Assembly (NCBI RefSeq): GCF_037042905.1
Contig: NC_087252.1
Coordinates: forward strand, 23,128,001 to 23,192,000
Source: Lytechinus pictus
Lineage: Eukaryota
Direction of reading: 5' to 3'
DNA: 64,000 nt
The position numbers and the translations under genes are program-made. Below, one piece after another: positions 1 through 12,000 of this stretch; within the stretch, counting starts at the first letter, position 1, and each line of letters opens with the position of its first letter. Under the pieces are notes generated by a model, which saw only the letters and a list, made by a program, of their open reading frames with translations, made no database searches and was not told the DNA's origin.

Positions 1-66
1 AGAAAATATGTCAAGAACAAACATATATTTTAGATGTTGATGTTGCTGGCTTTCCATATTGATCAG

Positions 67-125
67 ATCAATCGCAACTCTTAATCAGATCTGCATGACA
101 TGCTCAGTCTCCAACGGGAGAAAAG
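67..125 (+). CDS. Candidate penultimate exon of an unidentified gene entering from the left edge (SIATLNQICMTCSVSNGRK-G)
   Basis: Acceptor ttgatcag| and donor AAG|gtagca; ends in phase 1, compatible with the exon at 644. Confidence 0.4.
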
Positions 126-643
126 GTAGCACCTGCATGCTCATTGCTCATGATCATACAACTAAAGGGACAAATACTCGTAGCTGGAAGTCTACATGTA
201 ATTCCAATTTAAACGTTTCTAATGTAGTGATATTCTGCCTTATTGATTTAGGGAAAACAGAATTTCAAGCAGTTGGCAAGATTTGTTGTTACAACTGGAA
301 AATTTTCACAATAATTAATTTGGACATAATCTAGGCATTTTCTTCTCCTCTTTATTAGGAGTTTATTGAAAAACAACCCCAAATATTTCCCAATGATTCT
401 TTAGCTCAGGTCCATTTTATTATTTCTAATTCTCATACATAATACATTGAAATATACACAAAAATGAGGACCTGCATAGATATACAAAATATGGTTGAGA
501 TTAGACATTATTTTTTGGGGGTAAAATCCTCTAAGTTTCTGAAAATACAAAAGTTTCTATTTGCATGCAGATTTCTTTTGTAAAAAGTGTATTATAAGGG
601 CATTGTTTCTATTATGACCTCTACTTCATTTTCTTGTTCTTAG

Positions 644-840
644 GTATCATGAATGCTACCCAGAATGCATTGGATAAATGGTCCAAGCAGATCCTCCACA
701 TCTGGGCGACCTCCACCAAGGTCGCTGACGTCTTGACCTCCGTTTACCATGACCTTTCGCCTCAGTTGAGGACCAATACCGTTGTATTGGTTACCATAGT
801 AACCACTCCCCAGCATTCCTTGTTCAAGAACTCAAGATGA
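644..840 (+). CDS. Probable terminal coding exon of an unidentified gene (GIMNATQNALDKWSKQILHIWATSTKVADVLTSVYHDLSPQLRTNTVVLVTIVTTPQHSLFKNSR*)
   Basis: Strong pyrimidine tract ttttcttgttcttag|, GC content above the flanks, open frame to TGA at 838-840, then AT-rich UTR-like sequence; family not recognised. Confidence 0.6.
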
Positions 841-1066
841 CCCTAGCTGTCAATAGAAGTTTAGATATTTTTGTATGGAAATCTTGTATTTGTATTCATG
901 AAATACAGTCTGTCTTTCATTTCAAAAGTATAATTGAATTTATGTTCAAACCCCATCGCAATATTGAATACTTTTATGTTTTATATATACTTTTTATCTG
1001 AATTTCTAAAGAAATACTTTTGTTATGCAACCTCTATTGAAAGCTGAATATTCTATAATGGACAAC

Positions 1067-1329
1067 CAGTGGCGTGCCTAGGATTTTCCACAGGGGGAGC
1101 AAATTCGTCTGCCAAAAAAATAAAAATTTGACGAGCAAAAAAAAAAAAAAAAAAGGTCTTCAACCACAAATAAAGGATTTCGTACCAGAAAAAAATTTGA
1201 CAAGAAAAAAAAAAGGTCTTCAAGACTCGTCAGGGGGGCAGGGGTGTGTCCCTTGCATGGGTTGTGACTCGTCAGGGGGGGGGGGGCAATCTGCCCCCTC
1301 TGCCCCCCCCCCCCGTAGGTACGCTAGTG
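1067..1329. mobile_element. Non-autonomous hAT-type MITE
   Basis: TIR cagtggcgtgccta / taggtacgctagtg; perfect 8-bp TSD tggacaac at 1059-1066 and 1330-1337. Confidence 0.8.
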
Positions 1330-2993
1330 TGGACAACTCACCATGCTTTTCTTTTTCTACAATTTTATGCAGTATTTTCTATCACCAAATATGTTTCAAC
1401 TCAAGTGTGCGATGCATGTATGCTGAGGTCTGTACTAAATGCAAGCGATGCTCTACAAGTAAAAATTATGCAGTTAACATAGTTAGCTAAATTCAAAATA
1501 GTTTAGTTCTCAATAATCTATCAAAATTTTCCAACTCACTTGTGAAGTTAACTGAAAGCTAATGAAGTCAGCTTAGAAATAAATCATCAAGAACTTGTAC
1601 TTAAATATGACGAGAAAGAGACTGAGAGAGAGAGAGAGAGAAGGGAGATAGAGATATTGAGTAGAGAGAAAATGTAGTTAGGGAGGTGCTAGTAATTAAG
1701 TCATAGAAAAACCTTATGTGTCGCAAGCAATATATTTATTGTAATTTATCTGCCAGAGTGCATTAACTGTGTGTATTTAGTTTCATAACTTTGTATTTTT
1801 ATGCTATATAACTTGATATGAAACATTTCTTCACTTCATAAAAAATATATCAAAGAACCAAATGTGAGGAATAGATCAATGAAATTCATATTTTTATAGT
1901 TTTTGTAAATAAAAATTGCTTCATAAGCACTATCTAATGTTATAAAAAAAATATGGAAAATATATTCATGTGTTCCAAGAGCAGAAATAAGAAAAAAATA
2001 CACAGGTTATTATCTAATCAACAGATATTTCATAAAATTCATAAATGTTTCCTGATTTGATATGAAAAAAAAAATAAACATAAGATTTTGTTTTATTACT
2101 TATTTAAGAAATCATCATTCCAATTTTGAAAAATTATACCATCGTCAGTAATAGTTGTTTTGGTTCAACCTGAGCATATAAAAAAAAGTCAGCAAGTTTA
2201 TATCGACATTTGGTTTGCCAATATATGAGGATGTCCATGAACTATGGAAAAAAATTATCATCAAGATACAGCACTTTAAACTATATTTGTAAATTCCATT
2301 AATTACTTAGGGAAGGCTGAATATTAAAAGGTAAACAACAATTAATATGCAATTTCCATGCTGTCTCTTTCTTATTCTTTTTTCTTGAAAGAATTTTTTT
2401 TTGTGGTTTGATATTCTTTGAATGTATTCTATCTATTTTATGTTAATCACCAAATGCGGGGTGAGGGCCATGGCCCGCATGTTTCTTGACCGAGGTACAC
2501 GTAACAATGCGAAAAAAAAAGAAAGAAAAGGGAAGGAAAAGGAGTGGGATATTATATCTTTCTTTGGGCGTTATGTCAAAATTTGTCCCAAATTTTGATT
2601 TTTGTATTAAATAGATAAACAAATTTGCCTCATATACGCCATGGCTGGCCACTCAAAATTGTTGGCTCATTACGGTAAGTCTGGGTACCACCATATATGG
2701 TGATCATGGAAAGGAACATTGTTCTTTTTTTTAAGAAAAAAAAAGAAAAAACAGAGTGTTCTAAATGGACCAAATATCTATTATAATATTTCATATGGGA
2801 TTTGCGATTCTGAAAAGAAAATTCTTTTTAAACAGAGTGCCAATCTTTTGGCAAATATTGTATTTTTGCCAAAATTTGAAGACACAGAGACTACTTGTCA
2901 GAACTACAAATTCCATAAAAGATAGATTTTTAATGATTTTAGGGCTGGGGGATAAATCAATAAGCATTTTATCCAGGGCCACATTTTGAACTA

Positions 2994-3200
2994 ACCGGTG
3001 TGTTGGCTCAGTTGGTAGAGCGTCCGTCTCACAACCGGGAGGTCGGGGGTTCAGACCAAAAGACGTTAAAAGATGGGAGTTGCTGCTACCCTGTTTGGCG
3101 ATTAAAGGGATAGAGCCTCGTCAATCTGGCACTGCACAGCGGCTGCCGGGGCAAAGCAAATTTTCGGAGTATTTCATTTCATGTCTATTTCGAACAATGA
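2994..3200 (+). mobile_element. tRNA-derived SINE (degenerate)
   Basis: A-box-like tggctcagttggtagagcg, truncated B box, non-tRNA body. Confidence 0.7.
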
Positions 3201-5725
3201 AATATGGATTTGGATTTAAATTGGTTACATTTTATTAGAATTGGCATTTGACCCAATAGAAATTTCAGAGGCTCTTTAAAGTTTTCCAGGGTTTTTTAAA
3301 GGGAATTTCAGAGCGAGCTTTTGTATAAGTTAAACAAAAATAACTATTTTCTTTTACATTACCTGTACAGAAATAACAACCACATTCCTTTCAAATATGT
3401 GATATTATCAAACCTCTGTTGGGACTATTCTAAGTATTCTTGTGATCCTCGTAAATTAATGGTTATTCACTGGGGCATTCTGTATTCTGTTTTTTTCCTT
3501 CCTGGTTTTGTCGATAACATTGCATCATTTCGATATCATACTTGCGGTGAAGGGGAGGGCCGGGGGGGGGGGGTCAAGTTTTTAAAAGCTTGCATCACTA
3601 TACCCAACTGTAATAAAAAGTTTTTATCACTATGCATGTACCTTATTACTATACAGACTTCAAATTGACCACCTTAAAATGGATCCCTCCGAATTACATG
3701 ATACATCATGTGCCTTATTTGAAATCTCTAAAGGTAAATACATGTGGTGATACTGATAACATGTTTCTACAAGTCTTCCATTTGCTCCAGTACAATAATT
3801 ATGAAGAAAAAAAGAATCTCAAAAAGGTTTGCCCAGGGTACCCTTCAGAGAAGTTCTGAGGATTCACACACGCAATATACAGTATGTTATACATGTATTT
3901 TGAGCAGCATTCTAAGTGAAAAGGTACATAGACCTAGTGATCTAATTTTTCAAAATCCATTACTTTCTCATTTTTTGTCGATTTCTTCCAAATTTCCACC
4001 ATTCTCTTGTTCTTTTGCTCCCCAGGGTAGAATCCCCATTGCACTCACACGTATGTCTGTATATTATACACAATACGGCCACTCAATGAACTAAACACTG
4101 TATCTACTAATGAAACAAGCAAAATCACAGATTAAAATTAATGTTAACATATAAAATATTTAATTATTAATTACTTGAACTTGACAGTTATGGGGCAGAT
4201 TATAGCCATGAGTCTTGCACCTGATTGAGTTATTTGTTTGTATCCATCTTGCTAAGTCTGTGAAATACTATAAAATATATGAACAAAATACTGTGTGAGC
4301 AGTAGCACCCCTTCATAGGGTATAAATGTATGGCAGCAAACACTAAAAAAATATATTTTTTTAAAATGAATTCACATTTTCATTGCTTCGGTGGCGTATC
4401 TAAGGAAAGCAAGGGTAGGGGCATATGCTGAAATCATGCCTCTTCCAATTAATTGTCAATTATACTTGTAGTTTTCATCTGTTACCTTTTTTTTACACCC
4501 ATCACACAAAAAGTGGTATGTGGGGCCAGGAGCCCATGCCCCCTTCCTTGCACTCAGTAAGTGACCAACTGCACTGCTCTCAAATTCTAGGATAAATTGC
4601 ACTTATAATGTAGATATTCAAAGCAAGTAAAAGTAATCAAATACATAAATTGTAGAACGAAATTTAAAAGAATAAAAAAAGTTAAAAGAGACAGAAATAA
4701 AAATACTCTCAATTTAAAAACAAAAGTGATAGGTTGCAGACTAATTAAAGGCAAAAAATACCAACGAGAATTTAAAAATCAATCTAAACATTCCTTTTTT
4801 CCAAATGCTGAATTTGATAACTGCTAGTAACAAAGTCAATAGTAATAATAGGTCATGCATATAGAGGTGATTCACTAGCCACTAAAATCAATTACAAATT
4901 ACGAATTACAACCAATTGATGTATCTCAAATTCTCAAAATCATTTTTAGTGTTGGTGAAACATCCCTGCAGGGTATAATCAGACAGATATCAGCAATATA
5001 CCTGAACCCACAAATCATTAAAATGACGAAATTATTCATAGCAAACTCACAGACATAGGGAAAGCCTTTATGTCAGAAGTAGAAACAAAATGACAAGCAC
5101 AAATGGAAAAAATGTTTTGGAATACAGGCAGGACAATATAAGCATACAATACAAATTTCACTAATTCGACATAGGGGGGGGGGGGAACAAGCTTGACTAG
5201 CACATGTTTGACCTTGACCATTGAGATAATAAATTATTAGGTTTATATATATCCTCGATGCAAATGTCATAGACTCAAAAGCAAGGTATTGTATTTGTTA
5301 GTTCCCCCCATCCACCCCCCCAAAAAAAAAATCTGAGTTCTTGAAACTTTTTTTTTTTTTTTGGGGGGGGGGAGTATTGTAATATATCAGCAAATTATAG
5401 TAACCCAAGCAACCAAGTAAACAGTTTGAATCAATGTAGAAGATGAAGGGGGAGGGTGCTCTTTTAAGTATTATTTTAATTCATACACCATTAATGAATA
5501 GTAGTAGGGGAAAAAAAATTACACTGGAAAAAAAAAAGTCCTGGAAAATAAGAGCCCCCAAATTCCCCATGCACTGCACTGTTAAAGCTTATTTATGGTG
5601 CACATTGAGGCGATCAATTGTGAAAAGTAGTCCCCGAAAATAAATCAATATTTGCCTGAATATAAGAATCACCAGCTTGGAGATTGCAACTCTTCCATCA
5701 TTCAAATTTTCAAAACAAAGACCAG

Positions 5726-5879
5726 GGGCCCGTTTCATAAAGAGTTGCAACTGTTGTAACTTTGCCATTATGGCAACTACCATGGCAACAGGGCTCAGCA
5801 GCCAATCAAAATCAAGCTTACCATGGTAGTTGCCATAATGGCAAATTATAACAGTTGCAACTTTTTATGGAACGGGCCC
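5726..5879. mobile_element. Palindromic PIF/Harbinger-like MITE
   Basis: TIR gggcccgtttcataaag / tttttatggaacgggccc, near-complete hairpin, CAG TSD; relatives at 23803-25069 and about 32820-32955. Confidence 0.75.
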
Positions 5880-6451
5880 CAGTAGGGACAGTGATATTCC
5901 TCTGCTTGTAAATCAAAAAGAAAAATATGTTTTGGCTCTATAACTGTACATTCATGTGAAAATTCATTGAATTTACCATTGCAAAACGCAATAAATAATT
6001 TTGCTCTTTACAATTTCAATGACAATACAGATTACAGGATTTCCATTTTAGATCAAGTTTGAAACAGAATTACAAGTTTTTAGAAACGGATAAGAAAATT
6101 GTTTGAAACGGAAAATCACACTGTCCCTAGACCAGTCAATGAACCAATCAATTTCAGCAGATACTTAAGTAGACATGGATTATTTCAAATACATGTATAT
6201 TGGCCTACAATGTATGTAATCACCATCACATGTAATCCAGTTTAAAAAAATACTGTTTCAGTATGCTTTCAGCCAATCAGAAATGCCATGATTTCAGTGT
6301 TTTCTGACAGAAAGTAATAAAACTCGTCATTGATTACAAAAGTGATACCAAACTGAACTTTTAAAGTCAAAGACGGATTGCAATACATGGACAGTTTCCA
6401 CAGTTAATGTTCTGTTCCATGATAACCAAGGATTTCACATTGATTTATAGT

Positions 6452-6694
6452 CGCGCGGCTGGCAGAAGGGCGCAAATTTCTCGCCAAGCAGATGGGAGCA
6501 CGCACTAAATCCCATCTAACCTATGAAATATCAACTTCTTTCAGACCAAATTTACAATGCATGTTCCATTTCATCCCTTTATTCATTCATTAAAGTTTGG
6601 TCTGAAAGAAGTTTGATATTTTATAGCTTAGATGGGATTTAGTGTGTGCGCCCTTCTGCTTGGCGAGAAATTTTCGCCCTTCTGCCAGCCGTGC
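6452..6694. mobile_element. Palindromic MITE
   Basis: Inverted arms of about 100 bp, cggctggcagaagggcg...cgcccttctgccagccg; same terminal motif at 9112-9360. Confidence 0.7.
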
Positions 6695-7041
6695 AATGAT
6701 ATTTACAAAATAGGTCTTGATAGTCTATGAAATGTGTTTATTTCCTATAATAAATGGGGGGGGGGGCAATAGGGCTAGGTCGCTTTTGAGGACAGGGCAT
6801 AGCAAATCTCTACAGCCATTGAAGGGCATTGGTCTGAATACAAGATAGATGGTTTGCATTTCTCTTATTACCCAAGTTAATTCCAACAAGTTGATTTGGA
6901 TAAAGAAAAATCAAAACAAGCATAACAATAACAATACATTGTAAATACATAAGTGGTGAGAGAGAAATGAGCTAAATTAGCATGGCTTTCCTGCTGGTTG
7001 GGTAACAGGTCATTTTAATTCTAAGCAATAATAATTAATAA

Positions 7042-7498
7042 GGGCAATTCCATAGGTTGGTGGACATGAGCTCAATGTGTCTTTGTACATATAGCCCATC
7101 TGAACCGTAACGTGAGTAACCACTTTATCTGCACCCCTAGTAAAAACCATGTGTTCTTTATTTTTGAATTATATACAAAGTTTGTCTCCCTAATATACTT
7201 CTTTGAAATGGAAATAATCAACTTTCATAAAAGCCTTGTATGAGGACACTTTTCACTTATGTTGACTTTTCATTTCATGCATGTCCAAATCATGTAACAT
7301 GAGTAACCGACACATTTCAAAGATTTGCCAGGAGCATAATAAAATTTCCCAAGTTTTGTTTTTATACAAAGGAGAGTCATACTGCGTACTTTGTTGTGAT
7401 AAAGAGATGTTTAGTTCCTATCAATAATAATGGAGTTACAGCTCCAAGTATGAGTCAAGGTGTCTCCAAATGTAACGTGAGTAACCGTGGAATAGCCC
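7042..7498. mobile_element. Harbinger-like non-autonomous element
   Basis: Ends gggcaattcca / tggaatagccc; three internal copies of gtaac(g/a)tgagtaacc. Confidence 0.55.
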
Positions 7499-8843
7499 AT
7501 AACACAAGTCCCCACAAGTGCTTATCTATGTCGGCAGTCTTTAGACAAGTGCTTCTTCAGCTAAGATTTTACGATTTGACAAAGTTAAGGTTACATTACA
7601 GGCAGATATAGATCAAAGACAATAAGATTAAACTGACCTTAACGTTAAAGACTTTCTTATTACATCATTATTTGCTGCGATGACTTGAAATAATATGCCT
7701 ATTAAAAAATTACACCTAACCTTCACACATCATATCATGGCAAAATATAAAGCTTTCTTCATTTTATATCCCATACACTACTGGGCTCCGTACTGCATAG
7801 ATTTCATTTAAGGATGTCCCAGGTTCCGGAGCCAAAATCCACAGGTTTTCTAGACTTGATAAGTTCATACAGGATTCATCAGGAGGGGGGGGGGGGGGGG
7901 CAAAGGGTTAATTACGTAATTGCAGTCACATGATTCTTATCTAGTCCACATTTCAATTTTGTTGCCATTTTGCCCAAATCTTCTTTTCCGCCATCAATGA
8001 TCTTCAGGTTCCAATTGAACTTACACAGGAACCACAAGGTTTTAGATGCAAATGGTTAAACATCTATAATCAATGATCCTTTATCCGGCCTCCACTTTAG
8101 AGCGACCTTCCATTGACAAATCATGGGGAAATCAAGGCCAATCTCAGAACAGAGAAGGGATTAAAGTCTTTCACTCGGCTGCATGCCTGGGGGTGTTATG
8201 TAATAGACGCCGGCATGTCTGGGAGGTCTAATCTAGGAGAGCAATAGGTAGTCGACTAACCAACCAGAAGTAAACTGTGCGTTTGCACTTTGAAACATGT
8301 AACTTCACAGAGGATATTTATTTTGGTTTAGCAACCAAGAGACCTGCTGAGAGTCTAGGAATTGGGATTGTTGGAAACTAGAACTGCGACAACCCGAAGT
8401 AAATAACGATCATGGGTTCGGTCAAATTTGTGCTGTCCGAACTTTTATCGCATTACACTGACGGGCTCTCATGACGGACGGATTATATTATGCAAGTCAA
8501 TTGGCCTTTTGCAAATTTCGTATTGATTCATTTTCCCCCTGATTTGTCAATGGCAGGCTGCTTTAACTTTCTAACCAATATGCCATAAAAAGTCTCTCTT
8601 TGCCACTCAAAGGTCATTGGGTTCCTATCAAATTCACACAGGAGCCATCAGGATTTAGCGGTGAATGGTTCAACGACCATAATCAATGATCCTTATCTGG
8701 TTTCCATTTTAACAAACTTTGTTGCCAATTTGCTTTTGTCTTTCTCTGCGACTCCGTAATCGTCAACTTCTTATCGACTACTCACAGGATTCCCGAGGTT
8801 CTGTACGCAGCTGTACCATCACATCACGATCCTTATCTAGCCT

Positions 8844-9053
8844 TCATTTTAATTTTGTCGCCAATTTGCTCATGTCCTTCTTTGTATTCCTCTGCACTTC
8901 TTTCTCCATCTTCTTCCGGCGTTGCTCGGCAGCACGTCTCTCCCGCTCCGCTAGTTTCTTCTCCCTAATTACTTGCTCCGCCTCCCAAGCCAAGTCGTCT
9001 CCAGCCTCCTCCTCCCACCCGTTGTCGTTTTCTGTCCATGTGCCTAGCTCATC
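8844..9053 (-). CDS. EBAG9: EBAG9 last coding exon (DELGTW...KLATKLK*)
   Basis: Acceptor tttgtttgtttag|GAT; 69 codons plus TGA; coiled-coil C-terminus. Confidence 0.95.
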   Translation of the reverse strand, partial: DELGTWTENDNGWEEEAGDDLAWEAEQVIREKKLAERERRAAEQRRKKMEKEVQRNTKKDMSKLATKLK

Positions 9054-12000
9054 CTAAACAAACAAAAAATAGAGGTATTTATTCATCTATCATTAATTCA
9101 TTTATACATTTTGTCGCTCGGCTGGCAGAAGGGCATTAAAGCATGTGAGCCCTGGAATGTAGTTTTAACGTCTGACAGCGACGGCTTGTGCCCTTTTACA
9201 ACAAGCGATTACGTCATTACGTCATTGTAGGCAATTACAGTTATACCAAATGAAAGGGCCATCAAAACTCTACTATACAGCACTGAAAACCCCCCAAAAT
9301 TCGAGCTAACGCCCTTCTACCAGCCTCCGAGCTAATGCCCTTCTGCCAGCCGTGAGACAATTTATTTATAATCTATTATCGGGGTTCATCAGTAATTACT
9401 TTTCTCTAATGGGTTCCCAAATAATTACAAACATACTGTACAGTGTATGAACATTACAGATCATACTAGTAACATACATGTATGTACCACAGTTAGGTTG
9501 AATATTATGAGCTGGTAAGGGAGACAGAAAATGAAGTGAATCACTGTTATCTTGGGAATTACTACTACCCTTGGTGTTTGCAGTATAAATCTTATGCACT
9601 GGGGTAAGTTAGGATGCTATTTGCAAAGTTCATGAATGGCCTGAATGCGCAGGGCCATTCATCTCAGCAAAAAATAGATCTTTGAATTTCGAAAATCAAA
9701 CATTTCGGTTCTTTACTTTCAAGTGAAAGTTCATTGAATCACCTTGCAAAACAGAATTCATATTTCTGCTATGTAAAATTTCTATGACAGAACAGAATTT
9801 CCACTTTGGATCAAGTTAGATACAGAATTACAGGTTGTTGGTAACGTAAAAGACCGTTTTTGAAACTGAAAATCGATGTCCCTATTTGATAATCCTTGAG
9901 TTAATGAAGGATATAAATGCATTTAAAGCATTGTCTCTTTTTAAAATGGCTTGTCCCTCCATGCATATCAACCATACCGTTAGTAGAGCTGTTTCATCCA
10001 TTCCTAAAGAAAGTCTATTTGATAATCCTTGAGTTAATGAAGACGGACCTGGTATCATCTGAGGTGTCTTCTTTCGTATCGTGGCCTGATAGGAGAAGAA
10101 AACAAAAAGAAATTGAAAAAAAACCTGCTATGAATAACTTTTTCTGTTTCTGGTAACTCCCGTAGTAACTCAGCAGGACAGCGCTCTGCTGGTAAACGCC
10201 AACCTGGTATATAACCAATTACCTAGGAAACATTTTACGTCTAGGTTAATCAGTCATAGTGGCTGACCTTATAGACGACAGAAATTACTCTCGGGCCTTT
10301 TTTATCAAAGTGGAGACAATGGCAGAGTAGGGATTCGAACTCACAACCTTGCGATTATGAGTCCATTGCTCTAACCACTGGACCACACATCCCGTGTAAA
10401 CTAAAATAATATGGTCCATTTTATACTATTCATGAATGCATATACTCTACTGCGCTTAATACTTGGTATTACCCCAGCCCAGCTGTAGCTGGGCCGCCAT
10501 ATAGGTGCTCAAGCATTCAAGCAATAAATCCTACCAGGTAGATGTTTTCTTTCACCTCACCTGGGTTGAGTGCAGCACAATATGGGTAAATTTCTAGCTG
10601 AAGGGAAACAAGCCATAGCTGGGATTCGACCCACGTCCCTCTTCTCTTCATTGAAAGACAGGTCGTACTTCTAGACAACGAAGCCCCCATAATAAATAAT
10701 ATAGTACATTATTATGCTTGTAGTTGAATACTAGTACAGTCAAACCTGTCTTAGTGGCCACCTGTCTATAGTGGCCACCTGCTTATAGTTGTCACTTCAA
10801 ATTCCCCGCAGGAAATTCATGTTTTGTAGACCCTGTCTATAGTGGCCACCTGCCTAATGTGAACAGTGGCCACTCATTTTGCGTCCCTCGGTCAATATAC
10901 CATCCTCTATAGTGGCCACTAAAAATCAGCTACACTCAAACTTTTGACTCTGACAGTGATTGAATTTGCTAATCCTTGCTCTTGCAGCTGCATCTAAACA
11001 CAAATCTTACTCTTAAAATAATGATTATACAATCAAACAGAAGTATTTGGGGGATTGGAATAGATCCAGGTATGCAATATTATATAAAACAAATTAAGTC
11101 ATTAAAAACACATACCGTACTCTATGTTCAGTGTATTGCACAATAGACCAGTTCGTAGTTACTCATGGACAATTTTGGTCAAATGACCTTTCATTTCTTT
11201 CATTCTGATAGGCAGATTTCAAAGCAAGATATTACGTAAGCTTGCCTTACATAGCAGGATGAAGAAATTGAATAGACCAGGTGACTAGAATAGCACACCA
11301 ATGAACATTTTATGAAGGTATTTGTTGCATTCCTACTTTGAATGCATATCATAGCATGTTGCACAATGTACTTGGCAAACTGTGAAATACCAGTCGTTCG
11401 TCATGTTCGTGGACGCATTGTTGTTTTTTGTGGATGTAAATGAAAACCACAATTCAAAAGAATACATGAATAATCAAGACATCAAAGTTGGTGCTTATCT
11501 CATTAGATTTTAAACCACCATGTCTTTTTAGTACAAATGACCTTCCTCTGATCATGCGCAGAAAGGAACTACGAACTGGCTTATATCTACAATACATGGC
11601 AAATTCAAGAAAGCCACCAGCCTGTCTATAGTGGCCACTTGTGTCGTTTCCCTTTGGTGGCCACTACATGTACAGGGTGCTACATAACTTTTTTGAAGCA
11701 CTTGCCCAGTCGGGCAAGTAAATTTTCAAATAGTTGGAAAATACTTGCCCGAATATAAATTTCACTTGCCCGAAAAAATCCTTCAAAACAAAGTTTTATT
11801 GCTTCAAAACAAGTTATAGCCTTATAGTTTTACATACCATACCATTGACGGCTTTAAAAATACATTTTTCAACATGACTACTGATGTACCTTGTAGTTGT
11901 ATTTCTTTTTTTTTAATGATTTTTATCTTGATCATGACAAAATATATGGTAAATATGCTCTTTAATTAATTTCCTAATCTCATATATTTTCCATATATTT

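Noticed and set aside
8778..8846. Readthrough or selenocysteine at the EBAG9 TGA
   Set aside because: The stop falls where the family C-terminus ends, the downstream frame closes after 21 codons, and no SECIS or readthrough context is evident
8719..9057. Plus-strand 112-aa ORF, and similar plus-strand ORFs over the CUB exons (44901-45339, 59994-60287)
   Set aside because: Antisense shadows of real minus-strand exons
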